From: Epithemia pelagica
Lineage: Eukaryota > Protista > Bacillariophyta
Length of the DNA: 64,000 nucleotides
Reading direction: 5' to 3'
NCBI GenBank assembly: GCA_946965045.2
Contig: OX337237.1
Span: 2,170,001-2,234,000 of the forward strand
A program made the position numbers and the translations under genes. Below, in pieces: positions 1-10,160 of the stretch (position 1 is the first letter of the stretch; every line of letters begins with the position of its first letter). The notes beneath the pieces were generated by a model. It worked only from the letters and a program-made list of their open reading frames with translations, ran no database searches and was not told the DNA's origin.

Positions 1-50
1 TACTTGTCACATGCACTTCGTTTTTTGGACTCATTTGTATGTTGCCTATG

Positions 51-305
51 ACTAATATAGACTCCTTACTATTAACCCGACTAATTCCTAGGTAGGCTAT
101 TGCCACATATAGACTCCTTACTATCAATGCGACGAATACCTAGGAAAGGCATGAATGTTTCCGTAGCTACCTGACAAAGATAACCAATATTTTGTCCCCG
201 GGATACAGCCATAACTAATATAGACTCCATCCTCTATAGACTCCTTACTATCAATCCGATAAATACCTAGGTGGGCATGAATGTTTCGGTAGCTAGGTAA
301 CAAAG
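51..305. repeat. Degenerate tandem repeat, about 4 copies of the core ATAGACTCCTTACTAT
   Basis: ATAGACTCC(TTACTAT) recurs near 57, 110, 220 and 236. Longer shared tails (cctagg..ggcatgaatgtttc.gtagcta) lie at ~140-178 and ~266-305. Confidence 0.8.
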
Positions 306-1515
306 TTTGCCTTGACTTCAGACATCATTTCGTCCGCCGGGTACACATACATGAGGTGGTATGACATGACGATTGTAATGCCACCTCGAAGCACAGGAAC
401 GGCCTATAAGAAAGATACTGACTCTACAATGGGTATTCGACAATATCTCCCAAATTTGAGACATTGGCAAGGTTGTCGTCACGATATGTTAGGGGTTCCA
501 CGATGGCGTGCATCACCTCACCGTTCATCGATGACGTTTCCATGTCATGCCATGAGATATCGCAATGCGATAAATTGGTCTCGATTTCAGATGCTGATGA
601 CACGCATCTAGCTGCGTAAGTTACGATCTGACTCTAATGCTGCGGCTGTTCCTGTTCCTCTCCATAGTGTTAACTATACTCCTACCTACCAGACCTGTAA
701 CAGCGCGGAATTGCAATATACTGATGACAATCTTGTCCGATACATGAAGGCAGGCATTGCACGACACGCTCTCCACGGACACAACTATGTGGTGTCAGTG
801 TCAGATGATGGAACACACATATCCTCGTCCTATAAATCTAGTTCGGTCGTATGACTGAAGCCATCATGTGCAAGAGCAATTCATCTGATTGCGATATCTC
901 GCGCCACGATATGAAAACGTCACGGATGAAGGGTGACGTGAGAACTCTTTGCACAGCCCGCCAACAAAATCTACTTTCACCCCATCGAAAGATAGCAAGA
1001 TTGGAAGCAAAATCGCCTCTACCTAGGTGCTCCCCTGCTGGAGCTAGCTAGGTATGCGCTGAAAAACACCTGCAGCTAGAGGTATGCACATCCGTTGAAA
1101 AAAAAACTACCTGTGCTACCAGGATGAAAAGCTTATAGCTAGAAGCTAGCTGCGGCAGGCCTGCCGCGAAGGCAGGCCGACCGACTGCGCGGGCGACATT
1201 TCGACGCCAGGGACTCCTCCTATGTTGAGAATAACGAGTCACTAGAGACTATACAGATTAACAGTGACGTCTCTTGGGTCGCATAGAAGATGGAGGCTAT
1301 GCGTCGGACTTATTAAAGTTGGTAGGGTAGTGCATGACGCATCTGCGATCGGGTAAGATGTTATGAAAGGTGATTGTTAAATAATAATGGCAGTTGGTAG
1401 TTGGTAGTTGGTAGCGGCATATGCATATAGTGGCTGGTATTTAGACCGGTGATCGTTAAATAATGGAAGCAACGATATTAATCAAATATATCATGGAAGG
1501 AACTACCTGATGTTT

Positions 1516-2585
1516 TTATGACGACGCCCTCTTCACTTTTTCCGGATAAGATAAAAATTTCTTCGGCACTCCCAAACAGCTTGCATTTTCAACTGTCCAA
1601 TGGCCAAATGGATATAAAGACTTCATCATCTCCTGTCTCTCTTCCGTATTTGCCCATCCTGTATAGACCTCAAAGTCATCATACTGCAGACGAAGCATGG
1701 ACACCAGGCCATCGCGACCGATCCATTTGCCGAGACCTCCTTCGGCACTGATTAGAAAATTGCTCTCGTCAAACTCTTCCAATCCATCCAAGACCTTTTT
1801 GTCTTTGAACTTCGTATTTTCAACCACTTAATAAATGAACTCGACAAGTACGCTAAAGCCTCTTTACTCGGTTTGGTCTCCATATATACAGCAATCATGC
1901 CAATTTTCTTGTCATAGGAGTTTCCTGTTGATTTCGCAGTTCCTTGGTGACAAATTTCTTTCCCATCTTTGTCGACCAAGTAGTAGATGTTATCTGAATC
2001 CACCATCATGTCGCTGAAAAATGTGTTCATGTTATTTTCCACTGTATTCATGACAAGGAAATTGGAGAAGCAATAAAGAAACTGGCCATCGGCAGCTTCT
2101 TTCGCAACAAGCAGCAAGATGACATATTTATTGACAAGTTTAAATGGCCCAATGCATCTTGTTTTCGTAGCAAGGTTATTTTTGGTGTCGACAGATTTAT
2201 TGGGGCTGCCGGAACAAAATTTCAGGTTCATCTCTGTCTTTGACACTGGAGACGGATGAAGTTTCTTCGGTGACATCACAATCATATTATCGTCATCACT
2301 GTCTTTGATAATGTCGCTGTCATCATCATTCTTGTCCGGGGTAATCTTGACTGTTATATCTTGGGTCTTCAAATTTTCTTTCATATCTTTAAATGAATCC
2401 GTTTCCATTTTGTCATACGCCGTCACCATTGGTGGTTACATTGTAGGAGTGTCTTCCGAATCATCGCTGGAGAAAATCATAGAGTTTCGTGATGGGGATT
2501 TCTTCTCAATGGAGTCTTTGACTTTTTTGGGGATTATTTTGTCTTTGCCATTGTTGGCAGGGGTGCTGCGTGTGTTCCTACCCAT
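1516..2585 (-). pseudogene. Decayed gene of unknown function (~350 codons)
   Basis: ATG at 2585 (MGRNTRSTPANNGKDK...) is in frame with ORF 1752..2429 apart from one TAA at 2438-2436. A 1-nt frameshift near 1825 joins it to ORF 1516..1827. Confidence 0.6.
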
Positions 2586-3352
2586 GATGTTGTTGCAAGT
2601 TATGCTAATTTATGACTTCAGTCAATCACTTCGGATACATGTTACCAACAATAACATTGGTAAGTGATTCATGACAACCTCACATCGCAGGTTCTCTGAA
2701 ATCGATGTCACATTTTGACATCACAATCAATATCCATTGACATGGTATCTCCCATCCCATGAAATGTGTGACGCACTACTTCAGTTTCCGCTAGATTTTC
2801 ATACCATTGGTAGTGAATTAGCAAACGTCATACTTCACTCAGTGACGCGTGTTTCTAGACCGATGCAGTCATGTGTTAACTAACCCTAACGTCATTGCTA
2901 GCACCTGTCTGTGATTGGTGGTATTGTTAGTCTCTACAAGGCAAATGTAGAGTAATATCTCATCCCATGGAATGTGTGACGCACTACCTCCAAACGTCAT
3001 CGTTTGCTCAGTGAGGGGTGTCCCAACTCCACTCGACACCGAAGCAGTCATGTACATGTTCTCGCTACCAATTACCATAAAGAACAAGCACACTGACGTA
3101 TCTGTCAACAGTCATAAACAGTCATTTGACAGCAGATAGTTCCCTTCGATAGTCGTCGAATGCAATATGCCGCGAAACACAGCTAATATAGCTAGATTAG
3201 CCCGCTCACGACCACGAGTCCCGAGTCCTACTACTTGCTTGATTAGGTATAAGGTTACGAGTCACGCGGGAAAGGACTCTCGATTGCAAGTAGTAGTGCT
3301 TTGTTTGTTTCTCTTGAAAGTCCGTTTGATACGCATCTTTAGCAACCGCGGG

Positions 3353-4192
3353 ATGTCGAACAAGGTAGTGACAGTCATCGTCATCGATTCCGACGACACC
3401 TCCGACGAAGAGGAGGAAATGAAGCGGAGCTCTGGTGGAGTTCCTGAGGGCGCCATACCGGAAACAGAGGCAGAAGTGGTTAGCCAGACTTTTGAAGAAG
3501 AACTTGCGGCTGATGATTCAAAGGCAACGGAAAGAGGAGCCAACCAGTTTCCAAGTAAAAAAACAGCATTTGAGTCTGTGCTTGTCCAATCTTCTCGTGA
3601 CGAGAACTGGATCCAACGCTTGCCATCTGGAGGAAAGAAAAAACGAATAGCTAGGAAAGCTCTGTTGGATGACAAATCTCACGAAGAAGAAGTTTTGTTA
3701 ACTGGTGGGACTCCACCCACCGTATCGAGCACTGTAAGCACACGCAACCCCATACGATCCGTCAGCAAAGGGAAGTCTGTAGCTACATTGCTTCGAAAGA
3801 GATCATGTTCTCCTAATCAGAAATCAACTCTGTCCCTTACACCGCCTGTCAAGCCCAAAAAGGCTGTCAAGAAAACAACGCTTGCGAAAGCAAAGAAGAA
3901 AACGGTCAAGCGGCAGACAAAAGCTTCCACAGACAAGTCAGCAAGCAATCCAGTGTATGTAGGCGAACCAACGAAGTTCCTACGTGAGGAGGGTTGGCCC
4001 GAAGGTTGGGTGGAGAGGCAGTATAAACGACGAAGTGGAATGACGAAAAATCGCGTTGATTTCTACTGGTTTGCTCCTACAACGGACGGGAGAGAGTGGA
4101 AATTCCGTAGTATCGTGGAAGTCAAGAGGTACGTTGGCGTACTTGCGGCGACAGGAAGTGAAGATAAAGCTTTTGCTGCTCGCAAGGGATAA
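3353..4192 (+). CDS. Low-complexity protein with a C-terminal methyl-CpG-binding (MBD)-like domain
   Basis: C-terminus WPEGWVERQYKRRSG..RVDFYWFAP..KFRSIVEVKRYV matches the MBD pattern (P.GW.R....RKSG....DVYY.SP.GKKFRS..E+..YL). Likely start is the ATG at 3353. The N-terminal part is acidic then Lys-rich. Confidence 0.75.
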   Translation: MSNKVVTVIVIDSDDTSDEEEEMKRSSGGVPEGAIPETEAEVVSQTFEEELAADDSKATERGANQFPSKKTAFESVLVQSSRDENWIQRLPSGGKKKRIARKALLDDKSHEEEVLLTGGTPPTVSSTVSTRNPIRSVSKGKSVATLLRKRSCSPNQKSTLSLTPPVKPKKAVKKTTLAKAKKKTVKRQTKASTDKSASNPVYVGEPTKFLREEGWPEGWVERQYKRRSGMTKNRVDFYWFAPTTDGREWKFRSIVEVKRYVGVLAATGSEDKAFAARKG

Positions 4193-6435
4193 ACCAATGT
4201 GACATGATTTACAGATCTGGAATCTTGACGATGATGCGTGGTACGTCGCAGCGTCTTAGTACCCTGTCAGAGCACAAGTAAGAGCATCTAAGGATGATAT
4301 GTAGTTGCGGTGCAAATGAATGTAGATGTATAAACACCAGTCATTGTCCCTCTCAAAGATACATATACTAAACGTTCTACCAACGTTTGGGAGACGTCAT
4401 TAGTGCGGCCTTCTAGGTTTGGCTACGTCATGTGAAGGAATGAGATCCTGCCTTCGGATGACGTAGATCCTTACTTGGCGATGTGGGCAAGCAGAAAGGA
4501 GTACTTTGTGGACCCTACCTAGTGTAACAAGAATTAGTATTGATAGGCAGGAATGCTCTGTACCTACGTACTACGCGCGATAACTTTTTTTTTCATTGCT
4601 GGCAAACTGTGCAAATAGTTCTCACGTCACCCTGCATCGCTGACGTTTCCATGTCATGACATGAGATATCTCAATCCAATGAATTCATCTCAGACATGAT
4701 GGCTTTCAGTCGCTGCGTAGTATAAGCTACGCTAAGTTGTTACCGTAGATAACAGATGATGAAGCAAGAGTGCCATTTCATGACATGGGAGATCCAGTGA
4801 TTGTACTCAGTAACGTCAGCCGTCACCCTTCGTCCATGACGTTTCCATCTCATGCCATGAATATCTTGGAAACGTGTTCGATTTCGATCGGTGCGTAGGT
4901 GGTCGTTTAGCTACGTCCTGTCGAATGCGTAGCTATGCTTTCTACATCACTATTTATGATGTCTCGTGTCGATGTCATTTCATGACGTTGAAATCACAGT
5001 TTTCAGTTGCACCAAAGATTTATACTAGCACATAGTTACTATCTACCCATTGCTAGCAGGTTGACTACGTGCGACACATCTTTAGCTACTGTTACTATGC
5101 AGGTTCCGTTGTTAGGCTGACTTGTTACTCTAGATAACAGATGATGCAGCAATAAGAGTGCCATTTCACAACATGGGAGATTCAGTGATTGTACTCAGTA
5201 ACGTACACCGACACGGAATTATCAACCTAATTAGATGCATACCATCAGCATATGTTACACGCTTCACCATGTCATGGCATCAGATATCGCAGTCATTGTC
5301 TTTCGGATACAGCTAGGTATTGGCGTACCTATTTATGCCAGGTCGGGCAGTGCAGACAGTTCTCACGTCACCGTTCATCAATGACGTTTCCATGTCATGC
5401 CATGATATATCGCCGAGACTGATGGGTAATACATGGTACGTCAGCGATTGTTATAGACGTATGACATATCTCGACGCTTGATGATTGCTGGAGATCTACC
5501 TATTCTGATTTCTTGAGTGTGTATAGGCTAGAGATCTAGGTGCAACCTTAACGACACCATCACAGTCATGACGTTTTCATCTCATAAGATGGAATATTTC
5601 CTTCCTGCCGTGTGTCATCTGCTACCATGCCATATGGTAGAATTTCCTGAGCCTCAAAACTCAATACAGAATCTTCCTTATATCCTATATATCGGTGAAC
5701 ATATATTTGTGGTATATTTGCGTATTCCAATATTATATTGCCACAGGCGTTCGGGGATTTCTCCTTCTACGGAATAGAATGAATACATACCAACTTGCGC
5801 CAAAATACTGAATCGATTGAAGAATATTTGTGATATATTTCCGTATTCCGTTATTATATTGCTATAGGTGCTGGGAGATCTCTCGTCCAGTGGAATAAAA
5901 TGTAATAATTCCATGATCACTTAGGTACATCTTGGCCTAGTGGTTATAGCTTACATTATAATCCAACCAATGTGTGAGGTTTGCACATCGATACTGGTCC
6001 TGAGAGGTTTGCCTTAGGCGGACTCGAGTCGAAGGATGGGTCGATTCCCCTCATGTTGAAATAGAGCAGAACTACCTATGGTAGTGTCATGTTTAGGGTG
6101 CATGACTTAAAGCGATTCCCTACATTTCAACAGCACATAGTTACTAGCTACTCCTATGTTAAGGCTACCCATTGCTCGCAGGAGGACTACACGCGGCATC
6201 ACTTTTTACCTTCTCCTTGTACCGTCTCCCCTAGACTGTGGCAACGACATATCATTTCATAAAATGACAGTCACGTCATCTACCTAGAAGTAGTAAAAAA
6301 TGACGTACCTACTATGATCCCACAATTCCACATGTCATGTGATCTCATTGCGTTAGGATGACATATCCCATCCCATGTAATAGCAATCTCATTATTGCGA
6401 TATCCAGCATCTGTTCACAGTCAACCAACCTTTCG

Positions 6436-6795
6436 ATGGAAACTTTCAATGGAAAGATGTCTGTGCATGATATCAGGGCTCTATCTGACAACAAGTCTGT
6501 GTTATCATCTGTAAAGCAGGAAGAAGATTACGAAGTCCCCTGCTCTCGGTGTCCAGAAGACCTCTTTCTCCTTTTTCTCAAGACTCACTTTCCCGAAGTA
6601 CCCCCTCATGAGTTTGCCAAAAGGCATCCAATCTTCTACCGTTCCCTCTTGAAACAAGCATGCATACTCCTTGGAAATAACATTCAAGATCCCTTGCTAC
6701 ATGTACACAGAGACAAAATAGCGGACTCTGGTTCCAAACTCTATGATACCATGGTCGACTTCGATTCGTGGCTTTATCAACAGAATAACGAATGA
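6436..6795 (+). CDS. Small hypothetical protein or gene remnant
   Basis: ATG-started 119-aa ORF with protein-like composition; no motif recognised. Confidence 0.3.
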   Translation: METFNGKMSVHDIRALSDNKSVLSSVKQEEDYEVPCSRCPEDLFLLFLKTHFPEVPPHEFAKRHPIFYRSLLKQACILLGNNIQDPLLHVHRDKIADSGSKLYDTMVDFDSWLYQQNNE

Positions 6796-7497
6796 TCTAG
6801 TTTGTCCATTGCTTCTTGTGCTTTCAACGTTAGCTCAACTGGGTGCATCCTTTTGCCATCGCTATATCATCCTGGTAGCACAGGTACTGTTCTATTGTTA
6901 CTTTTGTAATTTCAACCTTGGCTCAACTGGGTCCATTCTTTTGCCATGGCCATAGCATTACCATTAGTCACCTACTATGAAATTTGCATCCAGGTAGCAC
7001 AGGTACTGTTTTCTCCAGCGATTGCACGCCGTGATCACACAAATGCGATTTATTTTATATAATATATTACACTGTGCAGCTACCACCCCCCCTCCCCCGA
7101 ATCTGCGCCGCTCCAAAAGATCTGTGACGACGAAATATTCCATTCCGTGACATGACAACGTTATCTTCCACATTGTAACGTCATCTCATGACATCAAGGA
7201 GATGTCAGGACTCCGTCACATAGCCTCATATAAGAAGTCCAATTACACGGACTGGAAACGATGATCCCATCTCATGAAATGCGGAAGTAGCTCAGAACCC
7301 GATGAACCACAACTGCCCAACCAGTGCAACTTATACATATCCCCAACCAACAGAGCCTGAGGTTGCAACTAGTTCTATAGTTTATCTGACGTATTAACGA
7401 CATTCAACATACTAATAACCACAATGTACTGATTGTTTGAGTTTGATTGATAAACGCATGACGGAACCTGCCCTCTCGTGCTCTTGGGCGATGATAC

Positions 7498-9584
7498 CTA
7501 GAACGATTCCTTCTTCTCCTCACCGGAGGTCGACACTTCTTCTGCCACCTCTTCAATCTTTGTCTTGAGCTCCGTAAGAGTTGGTGGCGCTAGCTCGACT
7601 GCATCAACTTCTCGTTTCCTTTTCTTCCTTGCTGAGTCACTTGACAAACGGGTACTCCGACCTTCCCTCGTCATTCCTCCCGACGCCCCCCCCCCCCCCC
7701 CCCTCGTTGAACAGTCGTACGCATTCTTCACCTCTGCATCGCTTGCCTGCCTTGCAGCACAATGAATCGCCACTGCTCTCAGCTTTTGTGGGCTGTTACA
7801 GCCATGAAGCACCTCGTACAATGACGCAGGATGCAGCTGACGATTGTGATAATCAGCAGTGTGACCGAAATCTAGAGTCATAAACAGAAACAATCGATCT
7901 CTTGGGTCGTTTTTCGTACTTGGTCCGGCATGAAGGACATCTCCACTAAACACAAACATATTGCCAAATCCAAATCCGTCTTCTTTTGCCGGTTTCAGCC
8001 GCTGATTGTAGATTTCCTTCAACCAATTATAACTTCCACTCACTTCATAAAGGTACTTGAATCGTTCGCGGATCGTATCATTACGCAACGTCTTTTGACT
8101 TGGACAAGCTAGCAGTGGCTTGTCATGAAGACAATCATACGGAAGTACCTGAGTTGCCGCACAACCATCGACTGACAGGCACAAAAGAGCCTTTAGATTG
8201 TTTTGATACATAGAGTCCGCATGGAGCCATTGTGCATCAGCTTCGTTTTGTTTCTTCCAAACATACATCTTCTTGACCGTGCAATCACGTGACCCGTACA
8301 GAATGTATGCCAGAGTTCTGAGCCTCTTTTCCATGCGACACATCAACTCCTCAACTGCTGATTTACGTTCATCTTCGACTTTCTTCACTTTCTCCTTGAT
8401 TTCAACTTGCAGTGTGCCTCCGCTAGTACTCACAATAGGCCCAATATTCTCGCAATGCATAGAAATTCCTCCACTTCCTCATGGGTGAAACATAACAATG
8501 CACGAGTCTTCAATAAGTCAAGCTCCTCCCGCTGGAAAATTCCCTCCAATACCACACTCCCTCTTTTCCTGATAGACTTTACCGATAGCTTCAACTCATC
8601 GTCTTTCGAATCATCGTCGTACAACAGCAATGGATACTTCTTCTCCTGTCCATCAGTCTTCTTCGACAACTTCTCCTTAGCAACCTCACACAGCTTCGCA
8701 CGACGTCTTTGCTTCTTTCTCGCTGTCGTCTGACTTGTTGAATTCGGTTCCTTTTTGGCTTTCTCTCTTTGTTTCTTTACGCCCTTCAACCTCTTTGTCT
8801 CCGTCTTCGTCGCTACCGATTCCGCCTCAGAGCCTTCTTCATCCTCCGTAGGATTGTCTTCTGCATCGCTCTTCTTATGCGAGGTTTTAATCGCCTTTGG
8901 TGAGTTCGGTTTCTTTTTGGCCTTTTCTCCTTGTTTCACAACGCCCATGTACCTCTTCGGTTGCGTCTTCTTCTCCACCGCTTCCACGTCAGAGAAATCT
9001 TCATCATCCGTACAATTATTTTCTGACTCGCTCTCTTCTGACTCGCTCTCCTCTGAAGAGGCTTTCATCACCTCTCCTGCTTTCGCTTCCTTTTCCCTTT
9101 TCTCGCCTTCGTTCACATCGCGCTTAAACCTCTTTGTCTGCGTCTTCTCCTCTACCGATTCCTCCTCCGAGATGTCTTCGTCGTCCGTAGGATTGTGTTC
9201 TGCCTCGCTCTTCCTTGCAGAGCGTTTCGTCGCCTTTGGTGATTTCAGTACCTTTTTCGCTTGCTCGCCTTGATTCACGTCGCGCTTACCCCTCTTCCTC
9301 TGCCTCTTCTTCTTTTTCGATTCCGCCTCAAAGACATCTTCATCGTCCGTAGGATTGTCTTCTGCATCACTCTTCCTTGGAGAGGGTTTCATCGCGTTTC
9401 CTGATTTCAGTTCCTTTTTGGCTTTCTCCCCTTGTCTCACCACGCTCTTTGACCTCTTCGTCCGCCTCGTGTTCTCTGCCAATTTCGCCTCGGAGACATG
9501 TTCGTCATTGTCTTCTGACTCGATCTCCTCTGGAGATACTTTCATCGCCCTTCGTGATTTCGCTGTACCCTGTTGTCGAGGCAT
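7498..9584 (-). pseudogene. K/E/S-rich tandem-repeat protein fused to a PhyH-like 2OG-Fe(II) dioxygenase, split by one frameshift
   Basis: ORF 8430..9584 ends in a PhyH-type start (IRKRGSVVLEGIFQREELDLL). ORF 7498..8460 has HxD (QWLHADS) and the distal H...R (GNMFVFSGDVLHAGPSTKNDPRDRLFLF). A 1-nt shift lies at ~8430-8480 and no GT-AG intron fits. Confidence 0.65.
8760..9530 (-). repeat. Coding tandem repeat, ~5 units of 54-59 aa (NPTDDED motif)
   Basis: Anchors tc(g/a/c)tccgta at 8842, 9004, 9181 and 9343, giving spacings of 162, 177 and 162 bp. Confidence 0.85.
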
Positions 9585-9973
9585 CTCCTGTTTTTTGTGT
9601 CGTACGATCCTGCTTTCCTTTACTGAAAGTTTTTGAATTTTGAATCGCTACTACATACAACAATACATGGGATGGCAAACAAAACTCGAGTTTTGCTGCA
9701 AATCCCGCAGTCTCCTCGCGAATATACTAACGACATTGTCTGTTTCTCCGTTGTCTGTGTTCGTGACTGGTCAACTGACATTTACCTTCTGTCCCTTATC
9801 CGTGTCAGTGTCAGCCCATCCAAATCCTTCGACACATACCCCATCGGTCTCCTCTTTCCCACTTATACAAGATGACGCACGCCTACACTACGGAGAGACT
9901 CCTCTTACACCCAATCTTGGAGGTTGGAGAGGATGGGTAGAAGGTATAAAATGTGCGACCGTTCGTGACGATC

Positions 9974-10023
9974 TTTTGGGTTTGGGGTTTGGGGATCCTT
10001 TTGGGTTTGGGGTTTGGGGATCC
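9974..10023 (+). repeat. Perfect 25-bp tandem duplication TTTTGGGTTTGGGGTTTGGGGATCC x2 (six G-tracts)
   Basis: Read directly at 9974-9998 and 9999-10023. Confidence 0.95.
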
Positions 10024-10160
10024 TACAATTTCGAGGCAGACGAAATTGAAAGCGCCCTACTTTCTGCCCCTTTAAAGATACTTTCTGCTGTCTAGTAGCT
10101 TTTGTACTGAGCCTTACACACCAGAAAGTGTGTGGGGGCCGTATCGGAACGCCGACGACC

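Larger units (their letters stand above)
511..5413. repeat. Dispersed ~45-75 bp repeat family (TTCTCACGTCACC..CATC..TGACGTTTCCATGTCATGCCATGAGATATC)
   Basis: Copies at ~511-582 (+), ~878-945 (-), ~4618-4693 (+), ~4817-4866 (+) and ~5359-5413 (+). Partial copies near 5268 and 5566. Confidence 0.8.

Noticed and set aside
51-7290. CRISPR-like array
   Set aside because: Repeats are degenerate, irregularly spaced and in both orientations; the context is eukaryotic with no cas genes.
8755-9643. Ser/Phe-rich plus-strand ORFs
   Set aside because: Antisense shadows of the K/E repeat coding region.
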